From Hemiscyllium ocellatum (Eukaryota): a stretch of DNA of 64,000 nt. This document shows, one piece after another, positions 1 to 13,500 of this stretch. Numbering within the stretch: position 1 is the stretch's first letter; every line of letters begins with the position of its first letter. Where the stretch lies: positions 13,351,263-13,415,262 of the forward strand of contig NC_083411.1 of assembly GCF_020745735.1 (NCBI RefSeq), in the 5' to 3' direction. The notes under the pieces were generated by a model. It worked only from the letters and a program-made list of their open reading frames with translations. It did no database searches and was not told the origin of the DNA. Position numbers and translations under genes: made by a program.

Positions 1-631
1 TATGGTACATTGACCTTCATATTGAGAGGTTTCAAATACAGGAGCAAGGGTGTTATGCTGCAGTTGTACAGGGCCTTGGCGAGACCTGGAGTATTGTGTG
101 CAGTTTTGGTCTTCTTATCTGAGGAAAGACATTTTGACCATAGACCACTGAATCCTGTGATAGCAGGACTGAAATATAAAGAGAGACTGGATTTGTTAGG
201 AATGTATTCACTTGAAGTTGAAGGAATGAGATTGGGGGGATGGGGCAGGAATCTCATAGAAACTTACAAAATTTTAACCAGACTAGATAAGTTAAAAGCA
301 TGTAAAAGCAGTAAGGATGTTCCCAATGACCACAGAGTCCAGAACCAGGGATCACAGACTAAGGATATGGGGTGTGCCATTTTGGACAGAGATGAGGAGA
401 AATGAGGAGAGTGGTGAGTGCGTACAATTCTCAGAAAGTGGTTGAGGCCAAAACATTGAATACTTTCAAGAAGGAGCTAGAATTGGTGCTTTGGGCTAAA
501 GGGATCGATAGATATGATGAGAAAGTGGGAACAGGGTACTGAGTTGGATGATCGGCCATGATCATATTGAGTGGTGGAGCAGGCTTGAAGACGTGAATGG
601 CCTACTCTTGTCCTTATTATCTGATTATCAA
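1..631 (+). mobile_element. CR1 LINE ORF2 3' fragment and tail
   Basis: ORF 10..405 has RGFKYRSKGVMLQLYRAL and LIETYKIL, typical of the CR1 ORF2 C-terminus; degenerate. Confidence 0.85.
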
Positions 632-780
632 TGTAATATTTTTATTTTGACATTAGCAACATTCAGACATTAGCCATAAGAACAGTTGTAATAACTAGGC
701 TGAAAATTGACTTGACAGGAAGCTGGAGACAAATTGATTTTTCTCCAGTTGAAGAAAGATTGGAGCTGATAGTGATTATG

Positions 781-1110
781 GGGAGGTGATGACCTAATGG
801 TATTATTGCTGGACTGTTAATCTAGAGACCCAGCTAATTTTCTGAGGGTCTGGGTTTGAATCTCACCTTTGCAGATGGCTGAATTTGAGTTTAATAAATA
901 TCTGGAATATTGACCATATATAAAATGACCCATCTGGCTCACTAATGCCTTTTAGGGAAGGAAGCTGTCATCCTTATCTGGTCTGGCCTACATGTGACTC
1001 CAGACCTATAGCAATGTGGTTGACTCTTAAGTGCCCTCTGGGCAATTAAGGATGGGCAATAAAGACTGGCCTAGCCAGTGACACCCACACCCTGTGAATG
1101 AATGAAAAAA
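781..1110 (+). mobile_element. tRNA-derived SINE with L2/CR1-type 3' tail
   Basis: Pol III-like head (GGGTTTGAATC B-box) and tail GGGCAATAAA...GAATGAATGAAAAAA; homologous to 29664-30015. Confidence 0.7.
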
Positions 1111-3804
1111 TACAAGTCTGGCTCTACTTCACTGTGTGTAGAAAGGTGATTAGAACATAGAAGAGTACAGGCCCTTTGGCCCTCGATGTTGTCCCAGTCT
1201 TTTATCCTACTCTTTTATCCTACAAGCCAACAGACCCTTCATTTTACTATCGTATATGTGCTTATCCAAAAGTCGCTTGAATGTCCCTCATGTATCTGAC
1301 TCTACTATCACCGCTGGCAGTGCATTCCATGCACCCATCACTCTCTGTGTAAAGAACCAACCTCTGACCATCTCCCCTAAACCTCCCTTGAATCACCTTA
1401 AAATTATGCCCCATCATGATTGTCATTTCCACCCTGGAAGAAAGTCTCTAGCTGTCCATTTTATCAATGCCTATCATCATCTTGTACACCTCCATCAAGT
1501 CACCTCTCATCTTTCTTCGCTCCAACGAGAAAAGCCTTAGTTCCCTCACACTTTCTTCATAAGACATGCCCTCCAGTCCAAGCAGCATCCTGGTAAATTC
1601 CTCTGCACCCTCTCTGAAGCTTCCACATCCTTCCTATAATGAGGCGACCAGAACTGATCACAGTATTCCAAGTGTGATCTAACCAGGGCTTTATAGAGCT
1701 GCAGCATAACCTCGCAACTCTTAAACTCAATCCCCCTGCTCATGAAAGCCAACACGTCATTTGCCTTCTTAACAACCCTATCAACTTGGGTGGCAACTCT
1801 GAGGGATCTATGGACATGCACTCCAATATCCCTCTGTTCATCCACTCTGCCAAGAGTCCTGCCTTTAACCTACCAAACTGAATCATTTCACACTTTTCCA
1901 GATTGAACTCCATTTGTGACTTCTCAGCCCAGCTCTGCATCCTGTCAATGTCCCCTTGCAACCTACAACAGCCCTCCACACTATCCACAACTCCACCAAG
2001 CTTCATGTCATCAGCAAACTTACTAACCCACCTTTCCACTTCCTCATACAAGTCATTCATAAAAGTTACCCAGAGCAGAGGTCCCAGAGCAGAGCCTTGT
2101 GGAAAACCACTGGTCACTGAATTCCAAGCTGAATACTTTCCATCTACTACCACCCTCTGCCTTCTATGGGCAAGCCAAATTTCCCTGCATCCCATACTTC
2201 CTTACTTTCTGAATGAGCCTTCCATGGGGATCCTTATCAAAAGCATGGCTAAAATCCATGTGCATCACAAACACTACACTACCTTCATCAATGTGTTTTG
2301 TCACGTCGTTAAATAATTCAGTGAGGCTAGTGAGGCATGACCTGCCCCTCACAAAACCATGCTGACTATCTCTAATCAAGCAGTACTTTTCCAAATAATC
2401 ATAAACCCTCTCTCTTAGAATCCTCTCCAATAATTTGCCTATACCGACATAAGGCAGACTGGTCTGTGATTCCCTGGATTATTCCTATTCCATTTTTTGA
2501 ACAAGGGAATAATATTTTCCACCCTCCAATCACCTGGTACTACTCCAATGGACAATGAGGATGCAAACATTATTGCCAAGATGCAGCAATCTCTTTCCTC
2601 ACTTCCCATAGTAACTGTGTTTATATCACGCCTGGCCCAGGGGACTTATATTTCCTAATGTTTTTCAAAATTTTGAGCATACCCTTCTTTTAACATCAGC
2701 CTATTCAATCGTATCAGCCTGTTTCACACACAACAGGTCCCTCTCACTGGTGAATACTGAAGCAAAGTATTCATTAAGGACTTTCCCTACTTCCTCCAGC
2801 TCCATGCACAAGTTCCCTTCACTATCCCTGATTGGATTGGCTCTACCCTCACTTTGGCCATCCTCTTGTTCCTCCTTGTTCCTGTAGAACACCTTGGGGG
2901 TTTATTTAGTCCGATCTGCTAACGCTTTGTCATGCCCCCTTCTAGCTCTCCTAAGTCCATTCTTCTGTTCCTTCCTGGCTACATTGTAACCCTCTACAGC
3001 CTTGTCTGATCCTTGCTTCCTCAACCTTTAGTGAGCTTCATTCTTCCTTGTGACTAGATATTCCACATCCCTTGTCATCCAAGGTTCCTTCACCCTACCA
3101 TCCCTTCCTTGCCTCAATGAGACAAATCTGTCCAGCACGCGTAAGAAGTGTTCTCTAAACGACTTCCACATTTCTGTCATGCATTTCCCTGAGAATATCT
3201 GTTTCCAATTTATGCTCCAGAGCTCTTGCCTAGTTGCATTGTAATTTCTCCCCCCCCCCCCCGCCATTAATTACTTTCCCACACCGTCTGCTCCTATCCC
3301 TCTCCAGAAAAGAATAGGGAGTTGTGATCACTATCACCAAAATGCTCTCCTACCGAGACATCTGGCATCTGGCCTGGTTCGTTGTCACACACCAAATTCA
3401 ATATAGCATCCCCTCTCGTTGTTCTATCTACACATTAAGTCAAGAATCCTTCTTGGGCACAACTGACAAAATCTTCTCCATTCAAACTATTTGAACTAAG
3501 GAGGTTCCAATCACCCATGACAACAACCCTGTTACTTCTGCATTTTCCAAAATCTGCCTCCCAATCTGCTCTTCCGTGTCTCTGTTGCTATTGGGAGGGG
3601 TCTATCGAAAACTCTGTTTCTGACTCCCATTCATACTAACGCTGTAGACAAACATCCCTCGACACCCTCCCTTTCTGTAGCTGCGCTACTATCCCTGATT
3701 AGCAATGCGATTCCCCCACTTCTTTTACCTCCCTCTCTATTCCTTTTGAAACATCTAAACCTCAGAACTTCAACCAACTATTCCTGCTCCTGTGATGTCC
3801 AGGT

Positions 3805-4295
3805 TTTAGTATGTTTAGAGAAGAGTTGTAGCTCAGATTGATGTTCTGGATGTAAGTTTGCTCGCTGAGCTGGAAGGTTCATTTTCAGACGTTTCATCAC
3901 CATGCGAGGTAACATCTTCAGTCAGCCTCCAGTGAAGCACTGGTATTAGTGACCCACTTTCTACTTGTGTGTTTTGGTTTCCTTGGGTTGGTGATGTCAG
4001 ATCCAGTGTTGATGTCAGTTTCTGTACTTTATCACAGACAGTGGTAAATGGGGTCAAAGTCGATATGTTTGTTGATAGAATGCCATGCTTCTAGGAATTC
4101 TTGCGCATGCCTCTGTTTGACTTGTCCTAAGATGGATGTGTTGTCCCAGTCGAAGTGCCCTTCTTCATCTCTCTGTCAGGATATAATGAGAGTGGGTCAT
4201 ATCTTTTTGTGGCTAGTCGATGTTCATGTATCCTAGTGGCTAAAACTAATGCCTGAAAATGAACCTTCCAGCTCAGCAAGCAAATTTACATCCAT
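3805..4295 (-). mobile_element. Penelope-like element fragment (GIY-YIG remnant, 3' repeat, inverted end)
   Basis: 4020-4240 is homologous to the GIY-YIG ORF at 47752-48063; 4253-4294 is an inverted copy of 3847-3888. Confidence 0.75.
3885..3924 (-). ncRNA. Minimal hammerhead ribozyme motif in a Penelope-like 3' repeat
   Basis: Minus strand reads CTGAAGA-T-GTTACC-tcgcat-GGTGAT-GAA-ACGT-C-TG, downstream of a GIY-YIG remnant. Confidence 0.6.
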
Positions 4296-6352
4296 ATCCA
4301 AGTCTCCATCATGGCCACAACATTATAGCTCCAAGTCCTCATCCATCCTCTTAAGTTCATCACCCTTATTCTTGATACTTCTTGTGTTAAAATAGACACA
4401 CTTCAGCCATCACACTGACTGCAACTTTGCCCTAACAACTGTCTATCCTTTTTTACAGACTTTGTGCATGCTGTATCTGCCTGTTCACCAGGTATCCCAC
4501 CATCTGATCAGTAGCGCCTGCCAAGCTAGTTTAATCCCTCCTGAAGAGTACTCCTGCCCAGAATATTGGAACCTGTCCAGTTCAGGTGCAATCCGTCCTT
4601 CTTGTATAGGTCCCACCTTCCCCAGAAGGTATCCCAATGATCCATATGTCTGAAGCCCTCCCTCCTACACTAGCCCTACAGTCACGTGTTCAGCTGCACT
4701 TGCTTTCTGTTCCTAGCCTCACTAACCCATACCCTGTTCATCCTGCTTCCAACCTAACTCCTTGTATTCACTCTTCAGGTCCTCATCCCTTTTCCTACCT
4801 ATGTCATTGGTATCAATGTGTGCCATGACTTCTGGCTGTCACCCTCTTCCTTAAGCACCCTGTAGACTCAATCCGAGACATCCCTGACCCTGGCAGCCAG
4901 GAAGCAACATACCTTCCAGCAATCTCATTCGTAACCACAGAATCTCCTGTCTATTCCTCTAGCCATTGAATCTCCTATCACTATCAGTCACCTATTCACC
5001 CCCCCCCCCCACTTCCCTTCTGAGCTCAGTGCCAGAGACCTGGATGCTGTGGCTTTCCCCTGGTAGACCATCCCCAACAGTATCCAAAAGGCATACTTAT
5101 CATTGAGGGGAATGACCACAGGGAATCCTTGTACTGTCTGCCTATTCCATTTCCCTCTCCTGACAATCGCCCAACTACCTTCATCCTGGAACTTAGATGT
5201 GACTAACTTCCTAAAACTCCTCTCTATCACCCTCTCAGCCTCCTGAATGATCCGAAGTTCATCCAGCTCCAGCTCCAGTTCCCTAACGTGATCTATGAGG
5301 AGATGGAATTGGGTGCACCTCTAGCAGGTGAAGTCAGCAGGGACACGAGTGGTGAGCCTTGCCTCCCACATCCAGCAGTTTGTGCTTGGATTATGTGGAA
5401 TCCAATCTTAAAACTTACTCGAAACACAAAAGAAAGAGATTTTCCAGAAGTTTGAAGACACAAATTCATGAAATGTTTCAAGTTCAACATGGTTCAACAA
5501 GAGCATTATTTACTGGACTTGAAACATCAACTCTGTTTCTCTTTCCATGCTTATGCTGTGTTTTTCCAGCATTCTCTGTGTTGCTATGACTGAAACTCAT
5601 GTTAGTATTGAAGACAATGAATGCATAACGCTGTTTGAAACCATATCACACTGAGGAAGATAAATAGAGGATGCCCAACAGTAGGGGGGACGAAACAAAA
5701 AGGCAACAAATTGTCAAGATTTTCTCGTAGACCAGGGTGCAAATGGCCTGACAAAGCATCCACTAACAGAGTAATAGTCTTAAAATAATAACCTGGTGTC
5801 AAAGACAATGTACATTGGCCTGGCCGATTCAAAGAGATTGCGAAATTAGGATAAAGTTAATCCATGGAAAGATGTATAAACAAAATAGAATGTGAGTAGA
5901 ATGTCAGGAAGTTGTCTGAACAATTTCACTCCATTTGTCCATAGTAGCAAATTTAAAACAGAGATTTGAAGAAATTGCTTCTCTCAAATGGTCATAGATT
6001 TATGGAATTCACTAACCAACAGTGGGGAATTAAGTAAATTTGAGGAGCAGACAGACTTTTATTTAGTACTGGGTTGAAGAGTTATGGAGGCCATGCAAAA
6101 CAAAAAGTGGATTTGGACCGTGATGAGTTCAGCCATGATGATATCAAACAGCACAGCAGAGTTGAGAGGCTGAATTGCCTACTCCTGCTCCTAGTCCTTA
6201 TGTCTGTTATTGAAATCTGCATGACAGATTGCACAAAGAATGCATCAGTAATCAAAGTAGATTTCTCAGTGCCTTCCTCATGTTCTATGAAATTGAAAAG
6301 ATGCTGTCAATTTGTCAGTCTTTGTTATTGGAGCTGTTTTTAAAAAGAGTGC

Positions 6353-6695
6353 ACTTATATTGCAACTTTTAGAACCTCAGGGCAATCTAAACCACGCTGC
6401 AGCCCATTAAGTGCTTTTGAAAGTTGCAACACAGGAAACAGGGAGAATGCTGCCTGACCTGCTGTGCTTTTCCAGCACCACACTCTCACACAGGAAACAA
6501 GGTGGGCAATATGTGCACAGTACCATCTCACAAATGACAATGTGATAAAAGTCAGTTAATCTGATAAATAGTGATTGAGGGATAGAAATTGATGTGGATA
6601 CTGATGCCTTCTTCAAAAGGTGCCTAAGAATCTTTCATGTCAACTCAGGAGAGCAATGTCTTGGTTTTACATATTCTGAAAGACATCACTTCCCA
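6353..6695 (-). mobile_element. Degenerate DeuSINE (SacSINE1-like)
   Basis: Resembles the recalled reverse-complement Deu domain and tail (gtgcttttgaaagt...caatatgtgcacag...cacaaatgacaatgtgataa); similar to 41845-42180. Confidence 0.5.
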
Positions 6696-6728
6696 AAATG
6701 ACAGTTGCTATTTGCCAAGATGTGCACA

Positions 6729-7240
6729 AAGTTAAAAATCACGCAACACCAGGTTATAGTCCAACAGGTTTATTTGGAAGTACAAGCTTTCAGAGCGCTG
6801 CTCCTTCAACAGGTAACTCGTGGGGCAAGATCATAAGACAGAATTTATAGCAAAACAAATTCTGTGTCTTATAGAACATAGAACATAGAAAATACAGGCC
6901 CTTTGGCCCTCTATGTTACACCTATCCAAGCTCACCTAACCTACACTAGCCCATTATCCTCCATATGCCTATCCAATGCCCACTTAAATGCCCATAAAGA
7001 GGGAGAGTCCAACACTGCTACTGGCAGGGCATTCCATGAACTCACGACTCGCTGAGTAAAGAATCTACCCCTAACATCTGTCCTATACTTACCTCCCCTT
7101 AATTTAAAGCTATGCCACCTCATAATAGCTGACTCCATACGTATGATCCTGTCCCACCTGATGAAGGAGCAGTGTTCTAAAAACTGGTATTTCCAAATAT
7201 ATCTGTTGCACTATAACCTGGTGTTGTGTGATTTTTAGCT
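6729..7240. mobile_element. Palindromic PLE-derived mini-element interrupted by a CR1 3' end
   Basis: Arms AAGTTAAAAATCACGCAACACCAGGTTATAG and CTATAACCTGGTGTTGTGTGATTTTTAGCT, each with a degenerate hammerhead core. Confidence 0.8.
6873..7141 (-). mobile_element. CR1 3' end (young subfamily with AGAACAT-repeat tail)
   Basis: HSFKLRGGKYRTDVRGRFFTQRVVSSWNALP is nearly identical to the copy at 54049-54988; flanked by TAT/TAT. Confidence 0.85.
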
Positions 7241-7511
7241 ATTTGTTAATTCAGTCTTTTCCTAAATATGATTGATTTTCATCTCTTATACTGTAATACC
7301 ATGTGGAAAATATGAGAAATCCTGTCAATATGTAAATGTATGTAACATCTTTTGTGAATAGTAAATGCATCACGTTTTAAAGCTTTCATTGAGTTGTACT
7401 TTAAACAACATTGAGAAGTAAAGAAGGCCATCTACTTTTAAATTCTTATAGAAACCAACTTTTAATGAGTAACTGAAAGTGAACTAAGTGTACTTGAAAG
7501 CTGTTGTACAT

Positions 7512-8062
7512 TGTAACAGACCAGGCCAGGCCCCCTCAAAACATGTCAAGAAAATAGCCCAGACCCTAACTTTGCTAATTGTTTTGAGCTTGTGTAAGTT
7601 TGTAAACAAAACAGAATTTATTTACAGAGTACCGAATGCAAAAGAGAACAGAATACAGAATAACTTAGCCTATCCAGAAACTCAACATTTTATTGCAACT
7701 TCATGATGCTGTTCTAAATTCCACAAACACCCCTTGGCAAAAAAAGATAAAATCTAACACAGTGTCTTACGAAAGAGAGATGACAGAGAGATCGGCCTGG
7801 AACACCTTCTTCCACGGAGCTGTTTCTTTGACCAGTAGCCTCAAAACTGATTGACTGACTGCTTGCTGACACCAAACCAAACCTGAGAAAGCTGAGCTGG
7901 GAGAACTGGCCACTCCCCTTTCATTGTACAAGTGACGGTTTTTTTAACTTAAAAGCTCCGTCAAGTCGATAAACACAGACAAAATGGACCCTCTGTTTTT
8001 ATGAACCCTCTGAAAAAATCCCAAGGGCAACCTAACCTTGTTAAAGGAGCAGCATCATCACA
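7512..8062 (-). mobile_element. Solo LTR
   Basis: TG...CA termini; reverse-complement homolog of 30092-30738. Confidence 0.65.
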
Positions 8063-8632
8063 ACAAAGAACAAAGAAAATTCCAGCACTGGAACAAGCCC
8101 TTCGGTCCTCCCAGCCTGCGCAGATTCAGATCCTCTATCTAAACCTGTTGACTATTTTCTAAGGGTCTGATTGTTCTGCTTCCTGCCCATTCATGTATCT
8201 GTCTTAAATGGCACTATCGTGCCCGCCTCTTCCACCTCCTCTGACAACGCATTCCAGGCACCCAGAACCATCTGGGTAAAGAACTTTCCACACATATCTC
8301 CCTTAAACTTTTCCCCTCTCACATTGAACCTGTGACCCCTAGTAATTGAGTTCCCCGCTCTGGGAAAAAGCTTCTTGCGATCCACCCTGTCTATACCTCT
8401 CATGTCTTTGTAAACCTCAATCAGGTCTTCCCCTCAACCTCTGTCTTTCTAATGAAAATAATCCTAATCTCATCAACCTGTCTTCATAGCTAGCACCTCT
8501 GTACCAGGCAACATCCTGGTGAACCTCCTCTGTACCCTTTCCAAAGCATCCACATCCTTTTGTTAATGTGGTGACCAGAACTGTAGGCAGTCTTCGAAAT
8601 GTGTCCTAACCAAAGTTATATCCAATTGTAAC
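8063..8632 (-). mobile_element. CR1 3' fragment
   Basis: ORF 8191..8403 has TRGHRFNVRGEKFKGD...WNAL. Confidence 0.85.
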
Positions 8633-9094
8633 ATGTTGACAAGATAATGTTTACCACAGAATATTTACTTCAGCAGGGGACTGACTAAATAGAAGGAGAC
8701 ACTCACCTTAACCTATGAGCTGAAACCCTAAATGTCTTCCTCTCTCGCATACATTAATCACAAATACACATTGACTTTGCCTATTTGTATTACAATCTCC
8801 GAGCCAGAAATTGCAGTTTCTGTACCTACACTAACTGTGAAAAGGAAAACACAGTATATCAGTAGTTCATGTGGTCCTTGTCTCCCTTAAATCTTGTGGG
8901 AAGACTGATGTGGGTGTTTATCCTCCCTTATGTTTTACAAGAGCTGTATATCCCAGTGCTAGAGGAGTTACAGCGAGCCACATGACTAGTCTCAACAAAT
9001 GATACAAACAACATTGCTTATAGAAGAGAGAAATAACAATGGAAAGGGAAGCAGCTGAAGTTAATAATGTGATTTTCTATTTCACTCTATTTCA

Positions 9095-9442
9095 TCATAG
9101 AATCCCTGCAGCGTGGAATCAGGCCACTCAGCTCATCAAGTCCACACTGAACCTCTGAAGAGCATCCCACCCAGACCCAGCCCCTGCCTATAACCCTGTA
9201 TTTCCCATAGCTAACCCGCTTAATTGGCACCTGCCTGGACACCATGGGTAATTCAGTATAGCCAATCCACCCAACCTGAACATCTTTGGACTGTGGGGAA
9301 AAACTGGAGCACCCGGAGGAAACTCCCACAGACACTGGAAGAAAGTGTAAACTCCGTACAGGCAGTCACCCGAGGGTGCAATTAAACCCAGATGCCTGAC
9401 GCTGTGAGACAGCAGTGCTAACCACTGAGCCACCGTACCACC
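9095..9442 (-). mobile_element. HE1-like V-SINE
   Basis: tRNA-like head GGTGGCTCAGTGGTTAGCACTGCTG, V-domain (GTTTCCTCCGGGTGCTCCAGTTT...CCAAAGATG) and CR1-type GGATTCTATG tail. Confidence 0.9.
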
Positions 9443-10559
9443 TAATTTTTGTAATTGTGTTTGCATATGATGCAGTAGTACGTCAGCCTGTTTTTTTTTT
9501 AAGATGTTCAGAATACCTGTGTCTCTTACATGTTCCTACACCCTGACTTTTAAAGGTAGCTACAGTATACAGCACATACATTGATTGTGTTTCTCAATGG
9601 CATGCCAATTCTAAATGTTGCACCTTACATGCAACAATTGACAGAGCGGACTCAATGATTTTACTGTTCAATGGCTTTATGACATTGTTCTCTTTGAATA
9701 ATATTTATAACATAATTCTCATTTGAAAATAAGCCAAGTGTAAATCATTGCAAAGCTTTGTAGTCCTGTGTTTCATATTAAACACTGATTATTTTCATGA
9801 AAATATTTAAAACCCATGGGAGTAAAGGGACAATGACAACGTGGTTGCAGAATTGACTAAGAGACAAGGCGTAGTATTTAACAGTGAGCAATTATGTTTC
9901 AACCTGGAGTCAAGTGTTGTTCCCAAGGGGATGGTATGAAAAGGACTGTTCATTTTAATGTGGAACTTGACCTTACATATGTAGGACATAATTTCAAAAA
10001 TTTGCAGAGGACACATTACTTGGAAAGGTAATTGGTGTATTGGTGAAAAGAGTTCAGGTATTTTGGTGAAAAGGACAGAAGCATGAGGAGAAATTTAATG
10101 GCAAGGGTTTGTGAAAAGATTGATACATTTTTGATGGAGCTACTGCAGTATAAACTAAATCATCACATTTTAACAGCGGCACTGGGACAGACTCAAATCT
10201 TTGATGGTGGCAGGTTAAGTGGCGAGGGCTGTTAAGGAACAAGTAGAATCCTTGATATTGTGAATTAAGTTATACAAAGGCAAGAAAACAAACCCTCTTT
10301 CTGCATCTACCCTGTCAAGTTAATTCAAAATCTGTTTTAGTAAGATGACCCCCTCAATCTTCTAATTCTGGTGAGTGCAGGCGCAATCTATTGAACATGT
10401 TCTCATTAGACAGTGCCTCCATACTTGTTAACATCCGAGTGAACCTGCTTTTCTTAGCTTCCAATGACAATAGGTATTTCCCGAGACTGTTCACTGTATT
10501 CCAGTCACTTTTTACTGAGTGCCTTGCACAGTTGTAGTGAAGCCTTCCTCCTTTCCATC

Positions 10560-13500
10560 GAAACATAGAAGGTAGGAACATGAGTCAGCCATTCCCCTCA
10601 AGCCTCTTCTGTCATTCATTATAATCATGGCTGTCATCAAGCTCAATACCTAATCCAACCTTTCCTCATATCACTTGATCCCTTTAACCAAAAGCACTAC
10701 ATCTAATTCCTTCTTGAAAACCTAATGTTTTGAAGTTAGCCACTTTGTGGGGTAGTGCATTCCACAAGTTTGCCACTGTCTGGGTGAAGAAATTTCTCTT
10801 CATCTCAGTCATAAAATGTGTACTTCTTATGCTTAAAATCTATGACTGTGGTTCTTCATTCTGGAGAAAATCCTTCCTGTGTCTAACTGGTCTCATCCTG
10901 TTAGAATTTTATAGATTTCTATGTGGTTCTATCCACCGCCCCTCTTCTGAACTCCACTGAATATGATCTGAACCAGTCCAGTTTCTCTTCATACGTCAGT
11001 CCAGCCATCCCAGTCAGGCAAATCTCAGCTGCACTCTCTGCACAGTCAGAACATCCTTCCTGAGATAAAGGAGATCAAAACCGCACACAATATTCCAGTT
11101 GCGACCTCCGCAATGCCCTGTATATTGCTCTAAGCCATGGCAAGGATAAGACGTGGAGCGGATGATTCCTCTTGTCAGGCACTATCCGACAAGAGACTAT
11201 AGTCTTAAGATAAGGGGAAGCAAATTTGAAACAGAGTTCTCCAAAGGGTTGTGAATCTGTGCAATTTGCTAGCCCAAAGTGCAGTGCATGCTGGGACAGT
11301 GAGTAAGTTAGAGGAGGGGTTAGGCAGGTTTTTAATTGTTCATACAATTAAGGGATATGGAAGGAAGGTAGGAAATGGAGGTGAGGAGCATATCAAATGG
11401 CGGAGCAGGCTTGATGGACCAAATGGCCCAATTCTGCTTCTATATCTTATGAACTTATAACACCTTTGTTCCTATACTTGAATCCACTCACAAATGCAGT
11501 TTGCCTTCCTTATTGCTGATGGAAACCTATGCACTTACTTTCAGCAACTGGTGCACAGAGACACACAGGTCTCATCGTACATTCCCTTCTCTCAATTTAC
11601 AGTCGGTCAAATAGTAATCTGCCATCCTATTTTTTGCTCCCACTGTGGATACTCTCTCATTCATCACATTATACTGCATCTGCTATCCATTTGCCCACTC
11701 AATCAGCCTGTCCAAATTATTCTGCAGCATCTCTGCATCCTCCTCACAACTCACCCTTCCACCCAACTCTATAATTTTCGAAATATTACATCCCTCATCT
11801 AAATCATCAACATACATTGTGAATAACTGGAATCTTGTACCAATTCCTGTCGTACCAGACTAGTCATTGCCTGCCACTTAGAGAAAGACCCATTTCTTCT
11901 TCCACTTGGTTTCCTATCAGCTAACCAATTTTCTATCTATCTCAATATACTACAGTCCCATTTGCTTTAGTTTTACACATTAATCTCTTCCATGGAACTT
12001 TGTCGAAAACCTTTCTTAAATTCTCAATAAACCATATGGACTCAATCCCCTAATCAACACTTCCAGTCGATTTGTCAAGCACGATTTCCCTTCTGTAAAT
12101 TCTGCAGATTGTATTTGATTCTATCACTGTTTTCTCAGTGATCTGATGTAAAAACCTTGATATTACTTTCTGATTTCCGCCCCCCCCGCCAGTGTAAGAC
12201 TCAGTGGTCTATAATTCCCTGTTTTCTCTCGACCTCTCTTTTCTAGTAGTTACATTAGCTACCCTCCAATCTGCATTAACTGTTCCGGGAGTTTAAAGAA
12301 TCTTGGAAAATTACATGAATGCATCGGTTATTTCGAAGGCAACTTCTTGAAGTAATCTGGGATCTAGATTACCATGCCCTGGGGATTTATTAGCCTTTAA
12401 TCCCATCAATTTCTCCAAAACCATTTCTCTACTTATAAAGGTTTGCTTCAGTTCATCCCTCTCACTAAATCTGGTGTTCTCCATCATTTCTGTTATGTTA
12501 TTCATATCTTCTTTTGTGAAGATAGAGCAAACTGTGAATTTAGTTCATCAGCTATTTCTTTGTTCCCCATGATAAATTACCCTAGATTAAGTGACCTACA
12601 TTAGTTTTCAATTTATTTTTCTTTCCATAGCCATAGAAGCTTTTACAGTCAGTTTTTAATGTTCTCTATAATCTTACTCTCATACTCTATTTCCCCCCCT
12701 AATCAATCCTTTGATCCTTCTTTGCTGACTTTTAAACTGTTTCTAATCCTCAGGTCTGTTGATTTTTATCTTAACAATTTATTTGCCTCTTTTTAAACCT
12801 CTAATACTATCTCTAACATCCATCGTAAATCATGGTTTAGCCATTGTTCTCTTTGCACTCTTACACCTGACAAGAACAAATAATTGTTTGCCCTTTGAAA
12901 GTTTGCCATTGCTAATTGACTGTCATTCCATTTAGTCGCATTTCCCAATCCAAGCCTCATACCATTATAGTTTTCTTGTTAAGATTCAGTACCCTAGTCT
13001 CAGAATCAATGACCTCAATCTCCATCTTGATGAAAAATGTTCTCCTATTAAGGTCACTCATTCTCAAAGGAGTCTCTCACAATTCCACTAATAATGATTC
13101 CATTCTCATTGCATAATGCCCAGTCTAAAATAGCCTGTTCTCGGATTGGTGTCTCAACATGTCGGTCCAGAAAACCATCCCACACACAATGTGGGAATTT
13201 CTCCTCTACAGAATTGTGATTGCTTTGAGTTTCCCAATCTATATGCAGACTAAAGTCACCAATGATTACCTATGTTTTTTCACTGTATGCATCCCTGCTT
13301 TCCTACTGAATGCCTTTCATAATATCATTATAGTTTGAAGGTCTATATATGGTTTCCACTACTGTTTTTTTGCCCCTTGGTATGTCTCAATTCTACCCAC
13401 AGATTCTACATTGTCTGAGCTAAAACTTTGCCTCACTATTGTGTTTATATTTTCTTTTAATCAGTAATGCAACTCCACCAGCTTCTCCTTTTTGTCTGTC

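Larger units (their letters stand above)
1152..5360 (-). mobile_element. Near-full-length decayed CR1 LINE (ORF1, APE and RT remnants), interrupted by a Penelope-like insert
   Basis: Minus-strand fragments QHGFVRGRSCLT, PQGSALGP, SKFADD and HLEYCDQFWSP; AGAACATAG tail at 1152; more 5' remnants extend to about 5350. Confidence 0.85.
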
